From Octopus bimaculoides (lineage: Eukaryota), in contig NC_068989.1 in the NCBI RefSeq assembly GCF_001194135.2, positions 18,743,786 through 18,807,785 on the forward strand: a stretch of DNA of 64,000 nt, written 5' to 3'. A model generated the notes under the pieces. It made no database searches. It was not told the origin of the DNA and saw only the letters and a program-made list of their open reading frames with translations. The translations under genes and the position numbers were made by a program. This document shows, in pieces, positions 12,401-25,129 of this stretch (position 1 is its first letter; every line of letters starts with the position of its first letter).

Positions 12401-15400
12401 GTGAAACCGGATGGCTACACCAGGCTCCAATCTGATTTGGCAGAGTTTCTACAGCTGGATGCCCTTCCTAACGCCAACCACTCCAAGAGTGTAGTGGGTG
12501 CTTTTACGTGCCACCCGCACGAAGGCCAGTCAGGCGGTACTGGCAACAGCCATGCTCAAATGGTGTATTTTATGTGCCACCCACACAAGAGCCAGTCCAG
12601 GGGCACTGGCAACGATCTCGCTCGGTGTTGTAAATAATCCATTTCTCATAACACATGATCATTTTTTTCAAAAATGGATTATTTTTGTTTCATCTGAGAA
12701 TCACAGATGGAAATGCACTCTATTAAGTTTTTCTTCTGTTAAGTTATGAGGCACCCAAATATCATAGCAATTCATGTAACCAAGTGTTTTTAAATGCTTT
12801 ATAATGCTCACATGAGGTATATGGAGAATCTCCGTGATGTCACACTTTGTGTAACATGGATTATTCTTTATTAAAGTCTCGATTTGTTCATTATCGCTTA
12901 CTGTAGACCTGCTGAAACGTTTATGATCTTCCCGGCCAAGATTTTCTGTTTTTTAAACCTGGCAAACCACTTGCAAACAACACTTTCAGCTATGACACCA
13001 TCTCCATAAACAGTATACATCTTCTTTGCTGTTTGTGCAGCGTTTTTGCCTTTTCAGAAATCCAGGCTTGTAAAAAGCACCATTCAAGCATGGTCAATGC
13101 CAGTGCCGGCTGACTGGTCCTGTGCTGGTGGCACGTAAAAAGCACCATTCAAGCGTGGTCGTTACCAGTACCGCCTGACTGGCCCTCGTGCCGGTGGCAC
13201 GTAAAAACCCCCCACTGCACTCGGAGTGGTTGGCGTTAGGAAGGGCATCCGGCTATAGAAACTTTGCCAGATCGGATTGGAACCTGGTACAGCCTTCTGG
13301 CTTGCCAGTCCCCAGTCAAACCGTCCAACCCATGCCAGCATGGAAAGTGGACATTAAACGACGACGATGATGATGACGATGACAAGAGCATTAAATGACG
13401 AAAATGCTTTTCACTTTCCCTCATTTTCAATTTTACCATAAGAACAGTAGAAGTAAATAATCTACACAAAATTCAAATAGATCTGTTGAGATCTCCTCTT
13501 TCAGAATATATATATATATATATAAAAATCCAAGGCTCTGAAAGATTTCAGAACATTTATAAAGAGACAGTCTTACAGCTGTTTCTGGGATATTTTATAT
13601 ATCCCTTCATCAGAGACGGTGCGAGAGAATGGTTAAGCAATAGTTATTCTAGAGAAGATATGAAATAGAGAGTGAAGGAATGAAAGTAGACATGAGATAT
13701 GCAGGGATATTGTATCTGCAGTCCCACTGTTTAAGCAGAATGGTATGCATATAAGTTACATGTATACCATATATATATATGTCATTTTCTTGTCACATGA
13801 TAAAACAGATCATGTGATTAAACATCACCAATTGAAAAACACTGTGAACTTTTTTTACCAACCCAATATTTTTCATTTAATGTCTTGGGTAGAGATCTCT
13901 CCTCTATCTATGTCGACCCAATATTGTTACCATATAACTTATTTCTTTCTTTTCCTTTTTTTTTTTAACTTACTAATAAGATTCTACATGTTAACAGTTA
14001 CTAGTTGAGGGAGGTGGGCTTTATGTTGTGGATATCTGTTCTAGGACTTGTTATATATATTGGTCTGTGTTTGATGTTGTCAATATCAACATTCAGCAGT
14101 GTTCAGATAAGTAGATCTTTACAAGGTGAAAATATTTTGTGGGATATTATGTTAGAAAGTGGTAGTAAATCTTTTCATTTTCTTCTACTTTAGAATATTA
14201 AAGCAACAAACAAATATTAGTACAATTTACAGTTGTAAATATTGTTTTACAGCAGTCAACAGCTGATCGTGAAGAATCTCAAAAGAAAACTGACTACCAA
14301 TTATTTTTTGAATTGTCAATTATTGACCACAAAATCCTACATGAGTTTGTGAATGGCCATGCCAACTTTGATGATGTTGTAGATGTATTGTCACATATGG
14401 TCAAAGATATTACACCTTTTAATAGTACTTATGGTGAATCAACTTACATTAGAGGATATTTTGTGGACTCAATTGAAATGGTATGTATATTTTCAGACCC
14501 TTCCAGATGTTTTATGCTATAAACATTTTCTTTTTCATTATTGAGTACAAACAGAAACTGAAAGATTACCTATTAGAAGAATGGATGAAAATAAACAACA
14601 GTGGTTTATTATTATGATAGTTGGATAGCAGGACTTGTGTATTATGTGAATAATAAAAAAGAAAGGAGTTCCATTGCCCACAATGATTTTTGTAATTAGT
14701 TAATAATAGCGAAAGAGCAGCATCCATGGCCTTCTTCATGACTTTTGTGAGTAACGGGAGAAAGGGTGCAAGCTACTCTCAGACCTGAGATGAACCTAAA
14801 TGACTGCAGCAAAGGGGACTCTGCTAAAACCACCCATGGTCCAGGTGGTGGTGTTAAACTGAGCTATCAATTAAGTCTACCAGCTGCTAGGAAGAAGAAA
14901 GGTCCCTTTGGCAGGGTTCTACACAGTTTCTGTCTATTAAATTTGACTTTGTGAAGTTGAAGCAATAGTTGAAGATACTCACCTAATGTACAGTGCAGTG
15001 GGACTGAACTTGAAATCACATAGTTGTGAAACAAACTTAACCACACAGTCATGCCTGCACATGTAAGGAGTTGGGGTATTGACAGAACACATGGAAGAAC
15101 AGAAGAGAATTCAACAAGCCGGAATGATTAGAATGAAGGATTGTATGTAATGTATTGTAAGGGGCTTAGAGACAAGAATATAGTAGATGTACAAAGTGGT
15201 ATCAAAAAGTACCTGGACTAGTTTTGTTTAATAAAAAAATAACTTATTTACCTAAGTTTTAACATTATCTCCTTCAAAATAGTCACCTTGCACACCAATA
15301 CACCAGTCCCAGTATTTCTGCCTCTTTTGGAATCCGGCCTGGACGTCGTTTTCCATAGCGAGTTGAGGTACTTCTGCAATTCACTCTGGATGTCAACAAT

Positions 15401-18400
15401 GGTGTTAAAACAGCTCCTTTAAGCTGCATTTTCATCTTGAAGAAGAGATGGAAGTCTGCAGGTGTTAAATCTGGCAAATAGGGTGGGTGTGAAAGTGATA
15501 CCGTATTGTCTTTGGCTATAAATTCACGAGTGGGGAGAGCTTGGTGACAGATAATGCATTGTCATCATGAAGAATCTAATTCTTCACACTCCACAGATCC
15601 AGTTGCTTTCACCAAATGTCCTTCAAACACTTCAAAATGTCATTGATTGTCCCCTGACGATGCTCATGCACAAGCTGATGAATTTTCTCCACATTTCTGT
15701 GGGTGATGCTTGTGGTAGGTCTTTCACTCGAAACATTGTGTATGACCCATTGCTTCATTGCTGTAAGTTTGCTGAAGCGTGCTCAATGTTTTTGTAGCAG
15801 ACTTACAGGATCACAAAAACACAAATTTCACAACTTGCAATGTAAACACAACAATGTCACTTGGCACACTGTCTCATGAAAGTCATTGCTAGTTCTCACT
15901 GCACATGTACTACAGAACTAGTCCAGGAAACTTTTGAGGAGAGATATAACCTACATGGTTCAATGAAGAGAGGTATGACTAGCATGATTCAATGAGGTTT
16001 CATCATCATCATCGTTTAACGTCCACTTTCCATGCTAGCATGGGTTGGACGATTTGACTGAGGACTGGTGAAACCGGATGGCAACACCAGCCTCCAATCT
16101 GATATGGCAGAGTTTCTACAGCTGGATGCCCTTCCTAACGCCAACCACTCAGAGAGTGTAGTGGGTGCTTTTACGTGTCACCCGCACAAAGGCCAGTCAG
16201 GCAGTACTGGCAGGATTTAGTGAGAACAGATGTAACCAACATGATCCAGTATGGAGAAGTGCAACCAACATGGTCTAGTGAGGACAAATGTGACCAGCAT
16301 GATTCAGTAAGGACAGGTGTGACAATATAGCTCACTGAGGACTGGTGTGATAGTATGAGTCATTAAGGACAGGTGTGACAGTATGGCTTGCTAAGGTCAG
16401 GTGCAACAATATGGCTCACTGGGGACAAGTGTGACTGGCTTGGCTCAGAAAAGTGAAGGTTTAAGTCATTTTCTTCATCTTGAGATGTTGATTTCTTCTC
16501 TTAGCTCTATGTTGTAAAGTTGTGTGTTATCTCTGCCTAGTGGGTTTATTTATACAAAGCTCAGCCTTGATTAAACAAATGATGAAAAGCATTCCATGTC
16601 ATTTTATATAAAGGATTACATTGTTCAGTGTAATGGTTGCTAAGCCTTGCTGGTAAAGCAACCATATATAGGATCCTGTAGGAGATAATTACACGTTAAT
16701 TACAGGACATACATTGGGGCTTGGTTTAGAAGCAGGAATAATATTAGATCGTCTAAAGCAGGGGTTTTCAAACTGTGGTCCCCGGACCACAGGGGGTCCG
16801 CAAGGACAAAACAGGGGGTCCGTGGACAGCAAATACTTTTTATGGGCAATTTGATTTTATATATGTTTTTTAATCGAAATCTTTTAATTGACAATAAACT
16901 TATTTGTTAAATACTGTTAAATAAATAGATGTAAAAATATATGTTAATTTAAGCAAATATTTATGTGTAAATTTCATAAGCGTTTATAAGGGTAAAGCCT
17001 GAAATATAAAGGGGTCCGCAAGTCAAAAAGTTTGAAAACCCCCTGGTCTAAAGCACAACATGAAAGAAAGAAAACCTTCAGTTGTCCTTATTAATGAAGA
17101 AAGATTTATTTCCCTTTGTTGTGATACACACGTCAGAAGTGTGACAGTGTAGAACAACAAGACACCAACAACATGAAACAAGCAGAGGAGGGAGCCTCTA
17201 CATAGTCACTTGAGTTGCTGGCAATAACAATCAAATCTCCCTCAAATCANNNNNNNNNNNNNNNNNNNNNNNNNNNNNNNNNNNNNNNNNNNNNNNNNNN
17301 NNNNNNNNNNNNNNNNNNNNNNNNNNNNNNNNNNNNNNNNNNNNNNNNNNNNNNNNNNNNNNNNNNNNNNNNNNNNNNNNNNNNNNNNNNNNNNNNNNNN
17401 NNNNNNNNNNNNNNNNNNNNNNNNNNNNNNTTTCCTGTTTATCGTTTTTGCAGAGAGACATACGAACAAGACGATTTACGTCGTGGTTTTTAAAAAAATC
17501 ACGATTTTAATACCGTTTCAGGTATCAGATATTTATCACTAACAGCTAAGCCCGGTTTCACCCGGTCAGAGAACGACGCGAAGGGAGAAACGAAGATATA
17601 AAAAAGAGGAAGAAGTGGAGGAGATATGATGTTGCTGTGGGCTGGAAGTTAAACATTTATTTTGACTAAAACACAACCGGGACCATGTGTAAAATTTGAA
17701 TGAAATTGGTTGTGTAGTTCTGGAGTTTTAGGGATTCACACAGACATACATTCTCAATTTTATATATATATATAGATTATCATTTACTGTTCATTGATAT
17801 ATGTATGTATAAATATATATATATATATATCATCATCATCGTTTAACGTCTGCTTTCCATGCTAGCATGGGTTGGACGATTTGACTGAGGACTGGTGAAA
17901 CCAGATGGCTCCACCAGGCTCCAGTCTGATTTGGCAGAGTTTCTACAGCTGGATGCCCTTCCTAACGCCAACCACTCACATATTTTTTTTTTTTTGCAGT
18001 GTTTTTTAGTTGCTGTAGGTGTGATAGTGGTCACCACTTTCCTGTTTAACCTGTTTACAATGAAAAGGATCTTCAAACTTATAACAGTGACGTTTTTTAT
18101 CAATATTATGTGGAATTGGTTCTATCTGTATGAGGTAATATATTTCATGTAAACTATTCTATTGCATGTGTGTGTGTGGGTGATGGCTGTATGTGAATGT
18201 GTGTGTTTGGAAATGTGAATATCTGTGAACATACATGTTTTCTGCAAGTGCATGTTATAAATTAATGGTGTATGTATCTTTGTCCAGTGATTTACATGTA
18301 CCTTGTCTCTTTTGCATCATTATTTCTTCTCACTTATTATTATTATTATTATTATTATCATTATTATTATTATTATTATCATTATTATTATTATTGTTCA

Positions 18401-18724
18401 GTACTTTTATTTTTATATCGTGCTTTCACTTCACTACCGTGCGCAGCTCTGTGTGCCTTGGGTATGTGCTGTGATTTGCTGTGATGCTCTTATGGTTACT
18501 GTATTGAAAGTGTTTTGCGTAGAATGTGTGCAGTGCCCAGTAGTGCAATTTTCTGTATGTTATATATATTTGTAAGTCCTGGTGTTTTTGTTATGTATTT
18601 GTCTGAATATTTTTTTTATTATACCTAAGGCACCTACTATGATAGGAATTGTTTCTGTTTTTAGATTCCACATTCGAGTTACCTCTATTTCCAGGTCTTT
18701 GTATTTTGAAAGTTTTGATTATTA

Positions 18725-18759
<35 letters not shown>

Positions 18760-21700
18760 TATAAAGTTAGATGATTTTCCCTAGTTTATGATTTAATCGT
18801 TCTTCATGGTGGGAATAATGAAGTTCTCATATTCACACAAAATCGTAATTGGGAATTTCTACTATGCACCTCTATATAGTTATTGAGTAAATCAACAGAG
18901 TGGCTATTGAGAAAACTCAACAGGAAGACCCTGTTAAGTCAAGCATCCAGTCAATTTGACACTCTGTATTTAGATTATACCTTTTCTGTTGCTACGGTTG
19001 TTGCAGTTGTTTAGCTCCAGGCCAATTCTGAGATTTAGCACACTTATTTCAAAGGCATTCCAGCCATGGCCAATCCAGTTTATTTTTATTTTTCAGACAG
19101 TGTATCTATTTGTTAAGATATTAGATGTGATTTGAGAGATATTTGGCTGTTATTTCTAATTGATCAAGTGACCACAGACTCTCTCATTGGCTGGTGCCTA
19201 GTTTGTCAACATGGTATTTATTTTGTCATTCATAAATAAAGAAAACTATAAGCTGAATCTCACAGAATTTGAACTCCCAAATCATAACTCCAAACTTTCT
19301 AGCAGCAAATATCAATTCTGGCATGCTTATCTCTATGGAAAATCTCAACCAAGCAGTAATCTGTAATATCTTAAATTTAACAAACCCATCTAATGATAAT
19401 CAAAAAATTAATTTTACAATTCTTTACTATTAACAATTGCTATTTTTAATTGACATTTATACCTGTATTTTCAGGAGGAAAAAGCAAAAACTTATCATGC
19501 TTTGCAACAAGGACCTCCTAAAGGCTGTGTAATGATGGACAAGTCTTTTAGAACACTGCTTGCAGAATGGTTTTCAGTTAAAAAAGATGACTGTCTTGCA
19601 TATCTAGTTTATGTTGATATAAATCCATTTTTCAGAGTGCGCCCTTACGAGGTATGTATAATATTTCATAGTCTTTGGGTGGGTTGAATTTTTTTCTTGA
19701 GAATATCTTTTATTTTTACTTGTTTCAATCATTAGACTATGGCCATACTGGTGCACCGCTTTGAAGTTTTAGTCAAATGAATCAACCCCAGTGCTTTTTT
19801 TTAAAACCTGGTATTTATTCTATTAATCACTTTTGCCAAACCACTAAACATGGGAATGTAAACACACCAACACCAGTTATCAAGCAGTGGTTGAGAACAA
19901 ACACAGACACAAGATACATACATGCACACATACACACACGACGAGCTTCCTTCATTTTTTGTCTATCAAAACACTCACAAGACTTTGGTCAGCCCAAAGC
20001 TATAGTAGAAGATGCTTGCCCAAAGTGCCATGCAGTGAGACTGAACCCGAAACCATATGGTTGAGAAGCAAGCCATGCCTGTGTCTAAATTCACCTCCTT
20101 CATAGCTAGTTAATTCTGACTTTCATCTTATGGCTCTAGTTGTAACCAATAAATTGTTTAGAATATACAAACCCACACATCTTGATTCACTAGACATCCT
20201 ATGATTAATGAATGTTTGGCTAGTAAATTTTGTTGCAGTTCATCATTCATCATTCACTCAGTATTGTAACATTAACCATTTCAAATTTCTTGACAGCATA
20301 CTATCATTCTATTTAGTATTTGAAATGTGTGGGCCCCAACAGAAAGCTTATATAAGGAAATTTGGATGTTTCATCGAGTGATTATATAAAAACATCCATG
20401 CTCCATTTTTTTATTACTACCCACTTTTCTGTCTCTCAAATATGTAAATATGCATCATATTTTTATGTCTCAATTTGCATGTCAAAGAGGCTATACTTTA
20501 AATATTACTTAAGATATTAATTTTTTTGTCAATTTTCTACCAATTAAATGCACTATCCAGCTTAACTGACATCCTAATTGGCCCCACCCTGTAGTGTATA
20601 TCCAGTCCCCAATGAGCCAATTTCTATATAGAAACTCAATCTGCTACAAATAACAGCCAAATTTTCCCCAAATCACACCACCACTTCAAAGAAAGAAGGA
20701 TTATGTAGTCTTAGATAAATAAATAAGATTGTATGATCAGTGTAAGTCTTCATGATAAAGGCTGACTTTGGTCTGAACAACAACCCAAGACCCATTTCCA
20801 TCTTTAGCCCATAAAGCTGCTGGGATTTTCACTTACATAGCATGGACTGCTGAGAACATTTTATGAAAATGACACTACCATGCACACATGAAAAACAAAA
20901 AATAGTTAAAATATCTTCTTACTATATATTGGTGGCAAGTTTTACATCATCTGAAAAGTCATTAGTTGAACTAATACATTTCAACAAATGCCCATAAATT
21001 AAATGCATCCATCTGGGTCACAATTATGGCCCGTCATGCTTTATGTGTTAATAACCATGTCACAAAGTGCAGATCAGAGAATATATGCAATGACTAATGT
21101 TTGTTCACATCCAATATGATAATAGAATATCAAAGAACTGCAGCATTGAAGAAACAGTTACAATGTATTGAGATTGCAGAAATCTAATCTTATAATGTTT
21201 GTAGGTGCTTAAATCATTTAATATCATGATAATAATAATAAATGCCAGTGGCTCTCATGGCTTCTGAACATAACTGACTGGAGCTGTTATCATGTACATT
21301 GTTTTGTTAAAAAAGATGGGCTACAGCAAATATTTTGTTCAATACCACAGATTTGCGTGTCAGTGTTTGACCTTAACCAGCTGACCACGTCCCTTAGTGG
21401 CTGACGATATGTGCATCTCTGATCACAAGCAGAAGTAGTGGGGGAGCATCATAGCTATGTATTGAGAGGAATTTTGGGGGGTTTGGATAATTCACCTCTG
21501 GAAACATGGGTGTTTTGTTCAACATCCTTAAACAACCCTTATTCAGGGTCTTTTGAGCAGGATGGGCTACTCAACCTGAAGAAAATTCTAACTGGACCCC
21601 ACTTGCAAAGGTCCTGTGCTGTTTATCTTGATATGAGATCACCATGTCGCACACATATGGTTGTGATGCATGTGCCTGGTGTACCCTTATCAGACGGGTA

Positions 21701-24700
21701 GTCATGATGGGTTTACTGGGCTTCATATATTTTACCTCAGTGTCACTTTGATGGCATGCACTGCTCTCTCACTCAATAATAATAATATAACACAAGAGTT
21801 AAAAGAAATTTAATCTTATTTTTGTATGTTTTTTTTTTTTTTTCAGGCTCTAAGCATTAGTTTGACCAATATTATATTCAGACCACTGCAGTACATTGGA
21901 CAGCATATTAGCACCTTCATCCGTGATATATGTGCACCTCTACCACTCTACATGCAGCCAATTATAATATTGCTGATGTTCTTTTCGATGCTGGTTTCAC
22001 TGATGATCCTAAGTGGTTACTCTTTTTCTACCTTCTTTTTCTCTATCAGTAAAAGGAACAACAACGACAGCAACCAGGCTGTTCTCAACAAACTTGTACA
22101 AAAATTGGAGTTCTTAGTATGTGTTTTTTTCACTTTTACTAATATTTTAATGAACCTCTTTGTTTTCTTTCTGTTCAGTTTTTGTAGCAACTCTGAGTAT
22201 ATTACACATATACATACACTTTGATGATTATATACATAACACATACAAGCACAAGTTCATCACCAGCACCATTATCACACGAACCATTATTGTCATCAAC
22301 ACTTCGTCATCATTGCTAAAGCAACTAAGACACCTCACATCAGTAAAACCCCAAAATGGAGGCATAACAAACTTGTCTCCTTCAAAAGCACCGACAATCA
22401 TTGATGTCATCATCATCATCATCATTTAACATCCACTTTCCATGCTAGCATTGTCGGACGATTTGACTGAGGACTGGTGGACCAGGTGGCTACACCAGGC
22501 TCCAATCTGATTTGACAGAGTTTCTACAGCTGGATGCCCTTCCTAACGCCAACCACTCCGAGAACGTAGTGGGTGCTTTTTACATGCCACCGGCACGAGG
22601 GCCAGTCAGGTGGTACTAGCATCAACCACACTCAAATGTTTTTTTTTTTATGTGCCACGGGCACAGGAGCCAGTCAAGCAGCACTGGCAACGATGGTGCT
22701 TTTAACATGCCACTGGCACAGGTGCCAATCAGGTAGTAATGTCATCAGTCATGACAACGATTTCACTTACCTCAAGCACAGTTTATTGGCCAATGATTGA
22801 AGGGTACTCTTAAATGGGCTGGTTATGCTGCACTGGCATAGACCACAGTTATTCTCACTTGGCTTGCCTAGTCTTCTCAAGCAAATTATATATATGTAGT
22901 GAAACTACCTCCCACCATTAGATACAAACTACTATCGCCATTACATACAATCTTCTCATTTAAATATAAATAAATGCGAGCGTTTTAGAGAACCCATTCC
23001 TTGTCCATCACGTGACTGATCATTATTCGAATCGGCAACTTCTTCGAACCGTTCCCGCCAGAACGCAAACTGACCATGCTAGCATTGCCGATTCGAATAA
23101 TGGTCATCTATGTTATCGTCGTATAACATATCATATACATCACCTTTGATATATATATTTGTATGTTCGACCGTGTGACGCGTTTAAATAAAAGGAGTCC
23201 TCTGTTTTTCCATTCGTCACCATATCCCCTTTTATGAGTTCGCACGGTCGTCCCTTACATATATAATATATGTTTATTTTTAAAAAAACAGAAATCACCA
23301 TCTGATTGATTAGTAAACCTTCACTGACCAACATACTCTGTCCACAGTCCACCAATGCACTGTCTCCTCTCCTTGTCACTTACAACATATTATCACTGGT
23401 CCATTAAACATTATCTCTTCTCTCTATCACTTGTAAAATTTCTGTCCATGGTTCTTGTTTCTCTGAACTACCAAACTATGTACTTACCTGATCACCAATC
23501 TAACCCATTTTACCTGTCTTTTCTGCTCTCTTTACTTTTTTTCACACTCCAATTTTTATACCAGTTAAATCTTTCTTCCCTGGAATAGCTGTCCTTGGAA
23601 CTTCCACTCCTTTCCACATTTTCCTTAACCTTTTAGTGTTTAAACCAACTATATTTGGCCCAAATATTTTCAAACTGGCTAGATCCAGCCTGTCATATGT
23701 CCTCTGCAATATCAATCTAAAAATAAGCAATTACTTCATAAAAATCTTGAAATTACAAGATCATCATCCTTATCATCATTTGTACATCCATTTTCCATGC
23801 TGGCATGGGTTAGATGGTTTGACTGGAACTGATAAGCTAGAGAGCTGCACCAGGCTCCAGTCCATTTTGGCTTGGTTTCTACAGCTGGATGCCCTTCTCA
23901 CTTTACTGACAGCATCTCTGTACATGGCTTGTACAGCTATCACAAGACACTCATCTATCACTAGCCCCCTTAGAGCCCATCATATCACACAGCAGGCTAG
24001 TCTATCGGAGGCTTTCTCTAGATCAATGAATGCCAGATATAATGGTTTATTCTTAGCTAAGTTGCAGTTGCCTGACTAAGAAAATAGCATCAGTAGTGCC
24101 TCTCCCCAGGACGAAGCCTGACTGCATTTTGTCTAACCTAATTTCACCCCTAATTAATTAGATTATAACTCTCCATAATTTTCATCACCTGGCCCAAGAG
24201 TTTGATGCCTCTATGATTGCTTCTAAGGCATCTCCCCTTCCCTTGTAGCAGCTAACAATTATGCTGCTACACCAGTCATTGAGTATTACACCTTCCTGGA
24301 CTATGTGGTTTGGAAACAGGTAAAGGCTTGCTTCAGGAAGCGTATCTAGCTGAAGAAATTCTAGCGCAACAAATCTTACCTGACCCATGCAAGTATGAGA
24401 AAATAGGCATTAAAAATGATGATGATGACTATTGCACAAAAGGTTACGATACATCATCATCATCATTGTCGTTTAACCTCCGCTTTCCATGCTAGCATGG
24501 GTTGGACAATTTGACTGAGGACTGGTGAAACCGGATGGCAACACCAGCCTCCAATCTGATTTGGCAGAGTTTCTACAGCTGGATGCCCTTCCTAACGNNN
24601 NNNNNNNTGATTTGGCAGAGTTTCTACAGCTGGATGCCCTTCCTAACGCCAACCACTCAGAGAGTGTAGTGGGTGCTTTTACGTGTCACCCGCATGAAGG

Positions 24701-25129
24701 CCAGTCAGGCGATATCATCTCATCCACTTCTATCAACCTACAAGAAACAGTAAGCATCTAAAAGTTGTTTTTGTTTTTTTTAATACTTTGATATGTAGCA
24801 TTTACCATTCAGTTTCTGCACTTTTCCAGTCTAATGTTACTCAACTGATATTTTCCAAATAACTCTGCACTACTGGCTTAAGATTATTCTTAATTTTTCT
24901 GATATACTTCTTCCAGGATAATTGTTTCTTTGCTTATTTGTTGATATACATATATATGCAAATATATATCTACATACACATGTATTTTCAGGAAGATAGG
25001 CAACCAACTAAAGATCAAATCGAAGATGTTGCATCATTATTAAAGAAGTACATAAAGACCAATGAAGACATAAAATCTTTGGACTACAAAAGTAATGACT
25101 CGGCCACAATGGCTAGTGGTGATGCTTAA
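9344..25129 (+). CDS. CLCC1: Chloride channel CLIC-like protein 1 (CLCC1/MCLC family), 7 coding exons, 375 aa
   Basis: join(9344-9433,10337-10426,14253-14480,18000-18134,19475-19651,21847-22116,24992-25129). All introns are GT-AG and the frame is open throughout. There is a signal peptide, IMWNWFYLYE (cf. vertebrate LGWNWMYLYK), and DDCLAYLVYVDINPFFRVRPYEALSISLTNIIFRPLQYIGQHISTFIRDI (cf. [41 protein letters not shown]). Three hydrophobic segments. Confidence 0.88.
10337..10426 (+). CDS. CLCC1: CLCC1-like exon 2 (ERTINIEQFSQDLVVKQFVRKLLSKLPDVK)
   Basis: taacag| acceptor and AAG|gtaatg donor, phase 0-0. Resembles the CLCC1 segment PVFRRYLNKIL. Confidence 0.8.
11010..11190 (+). mobile_element. 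Degenerate LINE RT fragment
   Basis: QLEFRSLHSPITLLMKCTQKILD...ILTTIDFSKAFD, containing the DFSKAFD motif. Confidence 0.65.
11637..12043 (+). mobile_element. tRNA-derived SINE family A with internal (TA)n(TG)n
   Basis: A-box-like TGGCTGTGTGG and B-box-like GGTTCAG in the head. Further copies at about 19725-20080 (-), 30641-31050, 45030-45320 (-), 57487-57791 and 59280-60030. Confidence 0.85.
12334..12624 (-). mobile_element. RTE-type 3'-tail repeat (family B) with (GAT)n tail
   Basis: Near-identical to copies at 13080-13385, 16007-16213, 17831-17978, 22407-22735, 24450-24710, 27607-27780, 28400-28709, 35915-36449, 38825-38988, 47907-48455, 52394-52754 and 63558-63870. Confidence 0.85.
12634..13440 (-). 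mobile_element. Deleted mariner element interrupted by a family B insertion (13080-13385)
   Basis: MVKLKMRESEKHFRHLML | insertion | KGKNAAQTAKKMYTVYGDGVIAESVVCKWFARFK. Confidence 0.75.
14253..14480 (+). CDS. CLCC1: CLCC1-like exon 3
   Basis: ttttacag|CAG tandem acceptor and ATG|gtatgt donor; 76 codons open. Confidence 0.85.
15192..15937 (-). mobile_element. Internally deleted mariner element
   Basis: TIRs aaaagtacctggactagttttg and cagaactagtccaggaaactttt; TA at the left end; C-terminal motif PDLTPADFHLFFKMKMQLKG. Confidence 0.8.
16759..17045. mobile_element. hAT MITE
   Basis: TIR caggggttttcaaact and a perfect 8-bp TSD GTCTAAAG (16751-16758 and 17046-17053). Confidence 0.92.
17431..17776 (-). 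mobile_element. Helitron copy 3 (5' part; 3' end probably in the gap)
   Basis: The reverse complement matches the 5' end of 46059 (TCtatata..aaaattgagaatg..aatccctaaaactc..caaccaatttcattcaaatttta). Confidence 0.7.
18000..18134 (+). CDS. CLCC1: CLCC1-like exon 4 (TM1-TM2, CFLVAVGVIVV...IMWNWFYLYE)
   Basis: Poly-T gcag| acceptor, GAG|gtaata donor, WNW motif. Confidence 0.9.
18396..18718 (-). mobile_element. R4/Dong-like non-LTR retrotransposon 3' end inside (TAA)n
   Basis: KLSKYKDLEIEVTRMWNLKTETIPIIVGALG, the C-terminus of a restriction-like endonuclease. (TAA)n lies on both sides. Confidence 0.8.
19475..19651 (+). CDS. CLCC1: CLCC1-like exon 5
   Basis: tttcag| acceptor, GAG|gtatgt donor; KKDDC..INPFF motif. 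Confidence 0.9.
21847..22116 (+). CDS. CLCC1: CLCC1-like exon 6 (includes TM3)
   Basis: tttcag| acceptor, TTA|gtatgt donor; RPLQYIG motif. Confidence 0.9.
22896..23110. repeat. Second copy of the unclassified repeat, with an internal 21-bp inverted repeat
   Basis: gatcattattcgaatcggcaa ... ttgccgattcgaataatggtc. Confidence 0.7.
24160..24310 (-). mobile_element. RTE LINE RT N-terminal fragment
   Basis: LNDWCSSIIVSCYKGRGDALE followed by a frameshifted IKLLGQVMK. Confidence 0.65.
24992..25129 (+). CDS. CLCC1: CLCC1-like terminal coding exon 7
   Basis: ttttcag| acceptor, phase 0; EDRQPTKDQIEDVASLLKKY...SGDA*. Confidence 0.7.
   Translation, partial: EDRQPTKDQIEDVASLLKKYIKTNEDIKSLDYKSNDSATMASGDA

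Noticed and set aside
12401-12637. Recurrent MKPDG...AEFLQLDALPNANHS ORFs
   Set aside because: Antisense translations of the family B repeat, not a gene family.
18235-18575. Poly-Leu, poly-Ile and poly-Tyr ORFs and similar IYIY/SLSL ORFs
   Set aside because: Translations of microsatellites.
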